DNA from: Tubulanus polymorphus | Taxonomy: Eukaryota > Animalia > Nemertea | Length of the DNA: 64,000 nt | Reading direction: 5' to 3' | Assembly (NCBI RefSeq): GCF_964204645.1 | Contig: NC_134026.1 | Coordinates: forward strand, 29,112,150-29,176,149 | The notes under the pieces: generated by a model | Database searches by the model: none | The model's input: only the letters and a program-made list of their open reading frames with translations | Told to the model about the DNA's origin: nothing | Program-made: the position numbers and the translations under genes | Shown here: positions 12,071 to 28,329 of the stretch, piece by piece | Numbering within the stretch: the stretch's first letter is position 1 | Layout: each line of letters opens with the position of its first letter

Positions 12071-12819
12071 AATTCATATATCTGCTACCTCTTCTAGAAT
12101 AGCGGTCCTCTCTATACTGGGACGAGAGGCAATAAATTATTATGATTGAGAAAGACTGCTGTGCCTGCTGCCATCGACACAGTACTGTTTGACAGTACGT
12201 GATACATGCACGCCATCTATCGAGTAAAATGTAAAAAGGTTGCATGCCAGAGTAAGAATGGGAACCGATTACGGTTATGGGATATTATGATACCACGGTA
12301 TATTGGGAACCCTACTTACGGTAAACTTATAACTTGCTCCTTAACTCTAGCAAATCTCTTTTCCAAGCTGTGCATAGTTCTGTTGAACAGTGAAGCTGAA
12401 AGAATAAGTAAAGGGGATCAATCTACCGCCGATGCACCACCGGCCAGGGTGCGGGTGCGCCCGCGTGCTGGGCGCCCCGCGGCCGGGCATTCGCGGCCAT
12501 AGGCTTCACGATGCAGAGAGAAATACAGTACCTGAAACAGTCTGTTCTGTAGAATACGCCATAAATGTATCGAATATATATCCTTCCCGAGACCGTGCTG
12601 CGCAATAGCTGTCAGGAACTTGCGTTCACTCAACCGTCACGGTTGAATGAGAGAGCCCTTAAATTCACCCCAGCCGGTTTTTACGACACAGTGGCATTGC
12701 TCACTGATTTTCACCAGTGTATCAAATACTCACTGTTTATTCATTTCATTTATTGATATCATGCGATCATTGAGGATCGTTATTGTGGGATATGGGAATA
12801 AAAGTGATTATATCTATTG

Positions 12820-13327
12820 CAGTGAACCTTATGTAAGTCGGATCATCGGCGAAAGTCGAATAATCGATTATTGAATATCAATGGTCCCAAATTTTCCTTC
12901 TCTTTTTCAAAAAAATATATGTTCCAAAGTTGGATTTTAAAGTCGGAAACTCGCCTATCTCGTAGTACTTTTCTTGGTCCCAAAATAAAACATCAGTTAA
13001 AATCACTCAACGAAAGTCGGTGGCCAATTTTCTGCCGTAGTTTGATTTATTCCCTGTTCTACGACCCCTGTTCCTGACTTGAAATTGACGATACATATCA
13101 ACAGTCGTTATTTTAGTTGTGGTTAGTGTATTAGAATGGAAAAATATACCAGAAATATTCCAGTGTTTTTAAATCATTTCTTGTAGATCTTGCGTTAATT
13201 TTTCCGTTTACGGAAATTCTCAAGTAGTAGTTTTCGGAAAAAGGTTGGAAATCCGACTTAAATATATATGTTCAAAGTCGGAGAAATGTTGCGGTCCCAA
13301 AAGATCCGACTTACGCAAGGTTTACTG
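12820..13327. mobile_element. Pogo-like non-autonomous DNA transposon
   Basis: TIRs CAGTGAACCTTATGTAAGTCGGATC ... GATCCGACTTACGCAAGGTTTACTG with internal AAAGTCGG repeats. Confidence 0.6.
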
Positions 13328-14587
13328 TAAATTGCAAATGAGAATTGTGAGGAATGGTAAAGAGTAGTCTATGGGCCAGTTTTATAGTTCCGAGTTAATA
13401 AATCTGTACTGTAATTCGAGTAAAACCTATTACTGTAAGCTCACAGTGTAATGTAAACAGAAATTCAATTTGTCGACCTCAACTACGTAAGAATGTGAAG
13501 GGAAGTGTAAGAAGGATTCGCCATCCTCGCAACAGAAGGAGCGCACTGGAATCTCTGTCACACCACGGCTAATCTGACTTCGAACTCCACCCTGAAACCT
13601 GTCAATTTCAATTACCTGTCGTCCAAGTGGCCGCGCCTGCTAGCTAGTACGCCGTATTTACGTTGAGGTGTAGATCCACTTCTGCTAAATATGATTCACA
13701 CAGCATCATCCAGTATCAGATTTGATGGAATTGATCAGTCGTATTTGTAGCATACTGGTGATACACTGTGTGGTTGTTGTGCTTTATTGATCACCGGGAA
13801 ACTGCTCTCTATATTTAGTAGTCTCGAATATCGGGTTTTACTGCTGATAACCCCCGCGAGCGGGATGACTCCCAGCCGATAAGACGGCTGGGAGTAGGTA
13901 TTCAAGTTATTAAGATTTAAAAAAAGAAAAGTTTTTCAGGGGCTGGTAAGGGGGGTACTGACGTGCGCCGGGCCGGGGGTTCGTTACAGACACATTAGTC
14001 ACCGTGCGTAGCCTTGGTCCCCGCAAAATTTTGGCTGGGTCGCTCCTCAATTTTTCAATTTGAATTAATTTGTTGAGAAGGCATGAAATCAATCAATTAG
14101 CACATGGCGGGTTTAAAAAATCATTGGCAAGAAAAAATAAGCACATTTTATTAATTACCCAAATTTCGCGGCTAAACTCACTGAAAGCACCCGTAAAAAA
14201 GATGAGTCGGAGAGCGAGAGAATAGTAAAAAGACAAAGAAAATAAAAAGAAAAGAAACCGGTCTGAAGATAATTAAGTTCTTCGGGTATGGTAGTCTGAA
14301 TACCTAACTACCACGTCTACGGGTTGGCCTCGTTGAACCTGGGACGTCCGCGTGGGATCTTGGTCGGGGGTATCCTGATTCCACTCAGCGGATAGTCAGC
14401 ACAGTACAAAATACTTTGTGATAATCTTTCAAGGAATTTGCGGTGGGCGATCGGTTCTGCCGGATCTTACGCGACGCGTGCAATGACAGACAGACCTACG
14501 CCACAGAGCGTGAACATGGAGCTACCCTTAACTAGAATGTGGAGCCGTCCTTTTTAAATGAATGTGGAGCTAACGTGGTTCGTGTTT

Positions 14588-14619
14588 CCGGAAGTCTCAA
14601 GCTCGTAGCAGTGACGTCA
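14588..14619 (+). promoter_or_regulatory. ETS/GABP site (CCGGAAGT) and full palindromic CRE (TGACGTCA) in the proximal promoter of the PGC-1 gene
   Basis: CCGGAAGT at 14588-14595; TGACGTCA at 14612-14619; within about 110 bp of the putative first-exon ATG/donor at 14694-14697. Confidence 0.45.
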
Positions 14620-14693
14620 TCGAGCATGGCCAGCGTGTTTCTCGTTTTTCCAAATTATCAAAATAAGAACTGATAACTTATAAATAAACTAGA

Positions 14694-17600
14694 ATGGTTA
14701 GTAATATCACTTTTTAATCCCATGTTAGAGTTTATCATGTATTGCAGTATGTTCGTGTAAAGTTACTTAAAGATGTTGTCGTCGGATAAATAAGAAATTT
14801 GCATTTAAAATGTTGACAAATTTTGTTGAGGACTGAAATGTTGACACACACCACATGTGGGCCTACTCAAAACACGTGGGCGTTAAGTCTACTATCGAAT
14901 AATCTTAATTCGTAGCGTTTGTCTTAAAAGTCTCCTGCACACCCACATGCAAGCACAGATTATAGAGGTTACAGTAAATAAGTGCAGGGTAGGGATGGTA
15001 AATACCAGTTCTATTCCTTTTTTCGATCATAATAAAGATTGAATGTGGTTTTATTTCGGCTGTGTTTTCCTTCTGTATGTGATTTGACTTTTTATTTGCA
15101 GGAAGAACTCACTGAACATCTACCTTTAGGAACTGATGTTTCTCATTGGATGACCGATGATCTAAGAAAGGTACTTACCCTCGATACCAGAGTATCCAAA
15201 ATGTTCCCTCTATATGTGCTGCTTTTGACTACACTAATATAGTTGTGTTTTCATATTAGCCACGCTGTAGATACAGTTATATACGTAGCTTATTGTTGTA
15301 TGTGTGTTAGTGTTTTAGCATTACATCTACTGTTGTGAGCTCATATTGATATTTTAATGATATAAATGAGGAACCTTGAATTTAAATTCTAACTTCAATT
15401 TTCCAGCTCTAACGCTATAGTATTCATAGATATATTCAACAGTTTTGACTTATCATACCCGGTTTGATTCACTGCACGATGTTCCTTAATTAATTAATTA
15501 ATAAGTTAATCATTAATTACTAGTTCTAAATGTTTATTTTATTTGCTTTGTTGAATAACTCCATACAGATTCCTGATTTTGAAATGATGCTTCAAGACCT
15601 TTTAGCTCAGGTAGATAGAGACAAATTTATGTTTTATTTCTGAACCAATGACTAACATTTGACTAACATAATTTCAAACCAATTTAAATAAATTAACACG
15701 TTTTATGTTCACAGGCTAATTATGGGAGGCCTATTATTGCACAGCAATGATTTAAAAGTTATTTGATGTATTTTTGAGTTGAAAGTGTTCTCTGGTATTT
15801 CATCTAAAGGCGATCATGCTGAATTTATTGTGATTCACTCAGTTATTATGTGTCCTCAAATGTATCCTCTGTTTGTGTTTTGTGTTTGTTTTTGTTTCCT
15901 ATATTTATGTATTTTAATTGGTTTGTGACTTCGATCAATGCATTGTTAGTGGAATATGTATGAGCCTATAATGTGTGGATTCTAGCGTAGCTCATAGCTC
16001 TTTGACCGTGTGCAATTACAGTACATTTATCTGGGGCAGATCTAGACGGTCTGGATGACCCCTACCTCCCCCATTGATATTGCCCTTTATTTTCAGCGAC
16101 GTTACCAGCTCTGTTTTGGTTGGACCCATGCATTAATCAGGCATTCACCCATGTTACTTTTTCATGAATAACTGCATAGATTTAGCCGTATAGATTAGTA
16201 TTATAGTTTTGTCTGATAAATTTAATTCGACCCTCGTATATCCTAGTCCAGCTGTTCACTCCGGGTAACTATGGTTACTTATGAAAGCATCTGTTGTCAC
16301 TACATACAGCTGAGTTCCTTAAATCCTGAATATTTTTGTGAAAACTTAAATTATTTCATTATATTTATATATAATTATACATACATAGGCTATATATATA
16401 TCTTTACAGCCATTGGATGATAGTAAAGTTTTACCAGTGCTCCAGTGGGACAATGTTTTTGAGCATTCCCCTTCCTTCAGTGTATGTATTGTCGAATAAT
16501 TGATATCGATGCCATTTACTGGAATTGACTTCAGATATATGCATTGTAGTTTCTACTATTACCGTGTACTATCAGACTGTATGTTCTCATTTCAGACACT
16601 TCAAGCCGAAACGATCGTTGTACAAAAAGATACAATTGGGAATTTAGGAGATGAGTTTCTTGTCGATCCACGAGATGAATCGGCGATGAATTTTCTCTTA
16701 AATAATTTTGATAATCTGGAAAATGATCTTGAAAATTTATCCGATAATGTGATTATTGATCCTTGCGAATTCCTCATCGAAACATCGGATAATGGATTCA
16801 TTAGTGATGCAAATCTGATATCGTCAGCGGAATCGGTACAAAGTTCGGAAAGTTCGATCAGCAGTAACTGTGATAAAACGGATAATATAGTGATTAAAAA
16901 GGAGAATTATTCGGGTGTGAAAGAGATAAACAGAAGTTCTAAGTTAGTTTCGCTGTTAACCGAACCTACGAAACATGGCAACATTACCAAAAACAATATC
17001 AAAGTTTACAAAAAACAATCAAATGATAAGATTGAAGGTGTGAAGACCGAATTTATTAAGCAGGAGATAGTGAAAGACAAATCAACTAAAAAGATTGAAA
17101 CTTCTCGTAACGTTGGTTCGGCTACAAGAGTTAAAAAAGAGAAAGTCTCTAGTAACGTAGATGATAACTGCAGTAATAAGTCTAAGAAAGTTGCTAAATC
17201 TAGTCATTCCATTACAAAAAGCCCACCGGCAAGGGATATGAAAGTAAAAAGTCGATCTGCTAGTCCAACTGTTATGACTCAAGCTAAACCCGGGCCATCT
17301 ATCACAGAAAGTCCTCTCCTTATGGAAGCCATGATAAAACAAGCTAGTCTCCCGGTGCGAAAAGTTTCAAAGCCGAAAAGACCATCTGTTCAAGCCAAAA
17401 TAACGAGCAAACCTGAAGTTATTTCGCCACCTATAAGAAAATCTGAGACACTAATTCCTAAAGTTGATGAATGCAAAAGCATGACCAAATCAGCACCTAA
17501 AATGGAGAAACATCCATTTACCTCTATTCAAGTGGTATCAAAGCCATTAACTACATCAGAGCTACCTGAAAAACCTCAAAATGTTGTCAAACGTGAAACT

Positions 17601-20600
17601 GGTATTGTGGTTACTACGAAACCACTGAATGTGGCTTCATCAAGTAGTGAATGGTTGAATAATCAACAGCAAACGGTGAAACCCAACACAATAGCCGTAC
17701 ATCATATCGATCAAGAAGATAAACCAACTGAAGATTTGGTAAAGCCAGATTTTGATGAAGTTCCGACTGACAACAAAATTTCAGAAACTGTTAGTCCAGT
17801 TTGTTCTCGCAACCAAGAGATGCCATCATCTACTGTACCAACTTCGGTATCAACTACGAGTCCACAAACGGCTATTAGTCCAGCGAAATCATTCGACGCT
17901 CCTGTATCTACAGTATCATTCAACGTATCAACAGTCACTTCTCTCATACAGTCCTCTACTTCATCAGTTAATTCCTATCCAAATTTTTCATCTACAACTT
18001 CATCGGTTCAACTCAGCGATGATGATAGTAATTGTAGTTTGGGAGGTAAGATATTCGATGTTGTTTCATCGGTGCTGCGAAATATTTCGAGAACGGAAAA
18101 GGTTTGATGATGCTAATCGTTGTTGAAAACTTTTTTCTGTGTCGTAGGCAATATGGGTATTGCTGCTATGGATGTCGGGAGTTTGTTGGAGCAATTTGAA
18201 GAAGGTAATGGTAATCGGGTTACGTAGTTATTGAGTCAATACAGACATTTCTAGGTGGTATCTTAAAACCAGGTTTTCTCTATTTCTACAACAGTATCGG
18301 CAGCATTAGTTGAGCAATCCAAACGTAGTGACTTCCAGACCCCTCTTTTACAAAGGTAAAATTTTGTGTTATACCAGTATTGTCAGTTACCTGGTAGTCT
18401 AAACATGTTATCAGGTTAACCACTTGAATAAATAGGCCATGTCAAAGTCTTGTCTGGGACATTACAAGTGTTTCCATATAGGTCAATATATTCATTCTAA
18501 TTCATTGATTATTTCTATGGTACACAGTTATGAACCGGCAGAATGTCCTTCACCGTTGAATGGTCGCAAACTTATCATACCTAAGAAATCTCTGCATCAG
18601 AAGGTTTTACTCGCAAAACATGTCAACAGTCCTATCTTGAGTCCAGGTCTGTACACAATCTAGATATACAATGACTGCTTCGAACAAAGGTTTTTTAAAC
18701 CATAACAAAAATCAATTTGGAAGAATTATGACGATATAATGAACTTTGTGCTAAGATTAATTTCAATTACTGATAATAAGTATAAAATTTTGTTCATCCA
18801 ATCTTTCTAGCTATAACTCCATCCAACAGTCGACCTGTAAGCCCTCCTTGTGCGATTATTGAAAAGATAAAAAATGCTGCCAAAAGAAAATCTGCTATTA
18901 TGTTACCGATGAGTATGCCTGCAAAACGTGATAGAGGGCCTCCGAAATCGGTCGCTGTCGCGTCATCCCCTCGAGTTCAAAGGGTCATTCAAAATTCTGA
19001 TCCGTTGACAGCGGCGGAAAGTGCTGATAGAGAACAAGTTAGCCTAGATCATGATTATTGTTTCAATACTTCAAATGCTCAACCACAGAAGTGTGTTCAG
19101 ACGTGTGACACCAATATTAACCAATCTACATCACATCCGAGCAGTGCTTTAACTAGCTGTTCATCTAGTCCACTACCACGTATTGTGACGAGCGATCCTG
19201 AGGATATAGAAGTAGATATTGTCGGAGTGACTGAAGTTCCAGTAAATCCACCTCTACCTGAAGAGGAGTGTGAAACCTCAGTAGTGGACACTTCGGTTCC
19301 TTTACCACCTCTACCTGTGAAGGATGATAGTGTTGTAGCGCAGCAGAAAACAGAAAGCAGTGTTCTAAAGACACTTCTGCAGAATTTACATGAAGAATGC
19401 TTGAAAAGTGCTGAGAGCAGTCGAGAGATTAAACCGCAACCATCAACGGATATTCGTGAATCTTCGAATGTTAATGATCCAAAAGTTCGCTTGGATCATA
19501 TTTTAGAGGAATTCGTTGATGAAGAAGATCAGAAAAATCGATTCAATCGTTTAACTGCCGAACGACCGGATTATAAAGAAAATAACAATTCAACGAAAAT
19601 GGGTCGTCGAAACGCGGCAAATAATGTGATAAATGACGAGGGTAGTTACTTCGATAAATTACCGAACTATTGCACAGCTCTCGCTCACTCGACAAAACCA
19701 ACTAAGAAAGATATATTGTCAGAAGCTCTAGATGAGAACAATGATCATAATCATGACCGAGACCCGTCTCCGGTGAGAGATGACGGACCAACAGTATTCA
19801 ATAAACTACCAGCTTATTATAGTTGTTTTACGAACAGTACAAAATACGATCAGAAAGATTGCAGCGGAAATAATTCATTGGGTGATGAAAGTGATTCTAG
19901 TCAGTGTTCTCCCGATCAGAAGAAGTGGTCGAGATCTCGTTCGTCGAGGAGGTATGTTATAGAATTTGTGCACTCTGATTATTGTCTCTCTACGTTTGAT
20001 GTTAAATGAATCTCGTCCATTTTTAGAAGCAGTCGAGATTCGAAAAGAGGACGTTCTTATCGCTCCAGATCACGATCATCGAGGTATTATTTTATCTGAT
20101 ATCAATACATGGGACTGTTAGCCTAAAGCTACAGATTTAGCTCAATTCATCTTTATGCAATACCTTTCTGGGTTTTTGTCAAGTTTTGTCCACTAATTCG
20201 TTTTTGGTTTTCAGCAGTTCTTCGTCTGGTTCTCGATCGCCATCTTCATCGAGAACACAATATCAACGAGACAGACAAGCACGGCCAAAATACAGAAGGT
20301 AGGGATAAGGTGACCAATGACGAAATGGGGCCAATTGCTCAAAGGTCGGTTAAAGATAACCGGCAAATGAATACCATAATAACAATGAACTTTTAACTGT
20401 CTGTTAGTCGACAATCCACTGGTTAACTCTACCCAATTTTTCAGCTTCCGGCCCCAGGATTTCTTATGTAATTTAATTGATATCTGTTAAAAGTATTGTA
20501 ATGCAATTATTCCAGGTCAAATTCGTATGAGAGGAAACAACTGGAAAAACGAAGATTAGCAGAAGAAAAAAACCGAAAGATAGTACGTCTGTTTACAATT

Positions 20601-21316
20601 GAAACCATCGCGTGAAAACTTGCATGAATTATTTAGATCGAGACGAATGGCATTGATTCTATTTTTAGGATGAAAGAAGAGTCGTATACGTAGGAAATAT
20701 ACCTTCAAATTACACGAGTAAAGCTTTGAGACAGAGATTTAGCTATTTCGGTGAAATAGAGGAGGCAAATGTACACTTCAGAGAGCATGGGTAAGCAACG
20801 TCTCTTACATGCTGCTAATTAACCTCACACCAGTTTCTCTTCTTGTAGATATGATTTGAAACGTGTTAATCTGATTTCAGCGATAATTATGGTTTTGTCA
20901 CATTCACCTATGCCTGCGATGCTTTTGCCGCAATAGAAAGTAAGTCTCATTGTTTCCGATGTTTTGATGTTCAATTGTTCGGTGAGATTCTAATTTGAGA
21001 ATATTTCTGTTTAGAAGGCAATGATATTCCTGGAGTGCTCAGATTCGACTTGTGTTTTGGTGGAAGGCGACAGTTTTGTAAATCTGATTATGCCGATTTA
21101 GGTAATACAGTTTTCCATTTCATTCACCTTAAGTGTGTGAACCAACAATATTTTTCTCACCTTTTCACTGCACGCTTCTAAATTTCAGATGGAAATAATG
21201 AACTTGAAGAAGAATTGACTACTTCATATAAACGCCCTGTTGCAAGCAATGTTGGAGGCGGCAGCTTCGATGATTTATTAAAACAAGCATTAGCTAGGAC
21301 GAAAAAAAGTAGCTGA
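14694..21316 (+). CDS. PPRC1: PGC-1 family transcriptional coactivator (PPRC1/PPARGC1/spargel-like)
   Basis: LxxLL motifs (LQDLL, LVSLL, LKTLL), HCF-binding DHDY motif, RS-rich region (about 19930-20300), C-terminal RRM DERRVVYVGNIP...DNYGFVTF...FDLCFGGRRQFCKSDYADLD...SFDDLLKQA; stop TGA 21314-21316. Large exons at about 16596-18045 and 18811-19951. The start (ATG then gttagt at 14694) is uncertain. Confidence 0.85.
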
Positions 21317-22736
21317 AATATGTGGACCTTAGATTTTTTTTTCATATTCAATTTTCTATTCTGTGATTTTCCTCAAGATTTTCAGTTGTTATTATTACAT
21401 GTTAATTTAGATATTCATACTTTATTTAATTTTTCCACCTGTGATTCAGTAGACTTTCAATTAGAGTTGGTATGACATTCAGGATCCAGTTCCAAAGTGC
21501 TGAGTTAAATTTGACTGGAGTTAAAACATTGAAAATGAACTGATTTAACTCTGTAACTCACAACTGTGGAACGAGGCCCAGTTGATGAAAATGTGGTTAG
21601 AGTTAACTGGTGGATAAACATCGTGGTTACGATGACATTTCAATAATCATCAATATGGCATTTATCCATCGACAAACCAACTTCTGAGCAACTGGTCCTA
21701 GAATGGGTGCATCTGAAATTACTGTCTTTTTTTGTAGCACCCCATAAACCAAATGAAGAGAAGTTCATGCTTTGCTATGCATCAGCATCTGTGCTATTAT
21801 TATACATACATACTTGTATACATAATTCTATGTAGGTGCTTTGAACAAATTTTCTTATTTTATTACAATGTCATACATAGATAGATATCATAGTTCAAAT
21901 TGTACTTAAGATTGTATGAATGCCTTTTCTTGATTTTATTTTTGTAAAGACTAACTGGTATTTAAGGAAGTGCCATATATTAACCAGGAGTGCCGCTTAT
22001 TTTCTAGCTGCAGATTTTGTTTATTGGATTTGGCTTATGTTGTAAATGAACGAATAATGTTGACTCGGTATACTATGGAAGTAGAATTGATACTGGTATT
22101 GTAATCAGAATGAAATTGTAATCAGAATGAATTACAATGGAAAATTGTAGAACTATCATCATTTAATCAGAAATTGTGTTGTTAGCCTAAGAAAATTGTA
22201 TAATAATAGTACGATGTATAATGAGGATGAGTTTAATATTTTGGTTTGTAAATATGATTTGTCACTGGTATTATGTATATATGGTGTCATAATGATGAGT
22301 ATTGGGGAATCGATTAATGTAGTCACTTCTTGAATGTATGAATTTGATAAGAATATTTTATTTTTGTTTATTGTTTTAAATATTTGTAAATTCAGTGAAT
22401 TTCTGGGGACATGGTTTTTTAGGCAATGCTACGGTTTGTTGTCATTGGTTAATGAGAATGTATTGTACAAATACTTGATGGCTTGAATGACGTCATTTGT
22501 GCTCAATAATAAAACCATTTTGTAAATGAATAACTATTTTTTGCTTTTTTTTACTGAATAACAAGTGTATGTTGGAGTTTAACTTGAGGATGGACCCTGG
22601 AACGCGAGGCTAAGACGACATTGTCCTGTAGACGGCGCTTTCAGCGAACGTCGACGTTACTGAAAAATTCATTTTCTGTATTAAACTTTTTTCTTCGCCC
22701 CTTTTACCGATAATGCGGTCATAAAACATAATCAAA

Positions 22737-24775
<2,039 letters not shown>

Positions 24776-26265
24776 ATGGTAGAAAGCTTTGGCCAATCAT
24801 ATCTCAAATGCGTAATATCATAATACAATACAATGTAGCGTTATATATCCATATTAAAACTGATATAATTCTGGGTACGCAGGTAGAATCATTCACTGTT
24901 TATATAATTAATAGCAATGCTTAAATCTTGTAGTTATGTTTATTAATGGCTGCATTAATGGATGAATACATCTCACTACACAGATCAACTTTATTTTGTT
25001 TAATAATGTACTACCCGGTATAGATACAATGGTGTAATTATTCGTTTAGAATGAATGGCTCTGTGATGCAATCCTCTTTCAAATGCCACGCTAGTTTTAT
25101 GTTGCTACCGGTACTGATTTGATAGAAATCAAGAATCGGTTTTGTAAGTTTTTATCCAGCTATTATTGTCGGTGTCGACCTATTTGATTTTTCAATAAAA
25201 AATTTATCAACATGATTCGGGTATTTACTCTATATATTATATATATTTCCTGGACTCTTGGCAAGATCTTCATGTCTTAAGGGTCCTCATATTTCAGGGC
25301 CGGATGCACCCCATCCTAATAATGTCAAGTTGCCCCAAAATTTTATGGGAAAATGAGAAATATTAAGTTGATACCTAAGTATAAATTCATAAACTTCTCT
25401 GTATTTCCAAAAAATGTTTTTTGATGAGCTTTACTTCGAGGTGCCCTTTTAATATTTATTACATGCCTCATTTTATGTGTACCTACCCTTTGGCTCTAGA
25501 TCTGCCTCTGGATTTAAATATTCCCAAGCCACTTAACCAAGAATAGAATAAAGAGCAGGAATTAAATTTACCAAAAACCAATGTTTATATTTTTAAAGAA
25601 GAGCAATATACACAAAATTACATCAATAAGTGTCAAAAGTTTCGATGCGTAAAACAGTGATATAACATTCATATAAAATGACATCAATCTAGGCAAGACA
25701 TATTATATGCGAAATTGCTTGTGACTGGTTATAAAGAGCTTCAGAATAATTTCATTGTTACTGGAGTTAAATGTTTTATATCATGAAGATTCGATTATAT
25801 AGGGCCTAAGTGAAATCTCTTGTTACAGTAGTTAGACATGCCTATAAACATAAACTAAACAATAAATAAAGTGAGTACTGGGTCTGGTTTCATGAAAAAG
25901 TTAAAGTTATAATCAGTTCAGTTTGAATTGTCCTCATTGAAAACACGAAGGAAGCAAAAGCAATTAAACCGAAGATTTGAGTTCTACTTTTTCGTGAAAC
26001 TGGGCCCTGGTGCAACCACAAAATAAATATTAATCTATCTCAAGTTTCTACAAGTTACACACCAACAAAAAAATAAAGAGTAACATAAATGTCATGTTAA
26101 AACATCTATCGCATTCTATTTATCTAAACTGTCATGAAGAATTTAATAAAGTTTTGGTAAAAGAAAAGTATCAGGGTTAACGGATAGATGACTAGATTCA
26201 TTCTTTCTTCCATATATACATGCCAGAAAACTGGGAAAGAAACTGGCAGTCAAATCCTCAAACTA

Positions 26266-26434
26266 CATTGGAACCTCGTTACAACGAATATCAGAGGACC
26301 AGAAAATACGTTCATTATAACCCATTGTTTGTTATACCTTATGAAAATACCAAAATTGTCCTATTTGGAACGAAATTCTATGTTTGTAAACTCATGGATT
26401 GTTATTTACGAGGTGTTTTAATGAAATTCCACTG
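26266..26434. mobile_element. Tigger/pogo-like MITE in the TXNDC12 3' region
   Basis: TA-CATTGGAACCTCGTTA ... TAATGAAATTCCACTG-TA. Confidence 0.55.
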
Positions 26435-26541
26435 TATAATTTCTCGATCTTATCTCGCATACTGCTCAATCATGTTCATCAGCAGCAAAGTGTATCAATC
26501 AAAAACTCTACACTGGTCAATATTCACTATTGATATCCACA

Positions 26542-28329
26542 TTATAGTTCATCATCGGGTTTCTTCTTTTTATCACCATCAGCTGCATAGATTTTAATAG
26601 CTGCTTTCATTGTGGTGCCGACTGGAAAGTAGAAGAGTTAATCAGATAGAGATATATCAAATTATCATTTACATGTATCTATCAATGAATGGACCATATG
26701 TTGTTACGGGAGACCATCTGCTCACATGAAACAGGTGTCACGACACTTATACATCCATTATAGTTAATATATATATATACTTTAAAGTATGATAGATCAG
26801 GAGGTATATAAAACCTTCAGACATCTGTGCATTTTGAATAATCAACTTCGGTTCAAAATGTCAATTTTTTTATTAAATGAACTTTCGATCTCGGTGAAAA
26901 CTTACTGTCTTCTGGATCATAATAGTAAAACTTATATTCAGCATTTCCAGCTTGATTGTATAGATTCTTATTGACATTTCCTTCAGAATCTGAAAATAGA
27001 TATAACGTAATTAGATTAAGTACCGCTAAGTCTGTAGAGAACTGGTGACGCAATGAAATTTATGATCTAGACTTTTGCCTGATTACAAACCTTGGAATAA
27101 AATACGTGGGATATATCCACCATCAGGACTGTACTTTGAATCATCAGGTTCAGCATCATCCTAAACAATAATATCATTATTATTTTATGCTACACAATAT
27201 CAGTAAATAAAGCATCAATACACTTGACAATCAATTCAAAATACCACTGTGACTTACCAACGTATTGACCATTACGAAATTTTTACTCAATTTTTCTATT
27301 TCTTTTGACTGCGCAAATAGTGGTTTCAAGCCTGTAAATTAACGAGGATAACTGTGTGACTATGAATTCAAATTATTCAGAATAATCATGAGAAGTGACC
27401 TCAACGCTGACTTACTTTTACAGGCTCCGCACCAAGATTTATGTATGACAAGCATCAATGGTTTTCCGCTGAAATGAAATATTCACATCATATTTTACGC
27501 CGTTTCAGTGAATAGACCTACCTGTTCTCAATTCAAATTGATATTTAATTACCTTTCTTTAGATAGTTTAACTCCATCATCGAACTTAACCCAATCAATA
27601 TTGTCACCCCAGCCTACAAAAAATCAAATCAATGTATTGAGTTTACTATCGGTCAAAGAGTTTTTTTTCATTAAAAACTTTATGCAGTTTTTTGGCTTGA
27701 TGGGAAATAAGTAAGAATTTTAGTGAAACGGATGATGCTTAATTTTTTTGTGTCATGGCTTCCATGCATCAGCTGTGATAAGCTACGTAGCATAACTTTT
27801 CTATAGTTATTGATTTCAATGTAACATATTGTTTTGTCTTGGAAATGCTTTTAACTTAGGCCTATAGGGCCTAAATAAATTAGGTCCAAGGGCCATGCCT
27901 GGCCTAGGCTAACCTGACTGACAGTCTTTCACAATTTGAGGTTTTCCATTTCTAATTAATAAAAAAAAATAGATACCGAGATATTAATTAGAAGCTACTG
28001 ATATTACACAAATAACTTCTGGATCTAGGCTAACGATATTTATAGATTAGTTGATTGAATTTGAACCCTCAAAAGCTAAATCAGTCAAAGAAATGTTTGA
28101 TTTTCATTAAAATACTGTACACTTTGACAGTTATTGACACATTCAGTTTTGCGATGATAAGATCCTACATAAGATAAAAATGATCTGAAACGTGAAAGAT
28201 GACTATGGACTGAATAATGAACCTACCATTGCTCAAACTATTTCCTAATGCTGTGTGGCAGAGAATAGCAAAGAATCCAAGTAGAATCATAATTTCTGTA
28301 GTAAATTTGGATATGACTGAGGCTGCCAT
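26542..28329 (-). CDS. TXNDC12: Thioredoxin domain-containing protein 12 (ERp18), 7 exons
   Basis: Signal peptide; GWGDNIDW; KPLMLVIHKSWCGACK (CGAC active site); LSKNFVMVN; YSPDGGYIPRILF; YKFYY; C-terminal ER-retention-like DDEL then TAA (26544-26542). Confidence 0.92.

Noticed and set aside
14290-14305. RNase P RNA gene based on ATTCAGACTAC
   Set aside because: No convincing CR-I (GGAAGGTCTGAG-like) partner upstream; kept only as an unexplained block.
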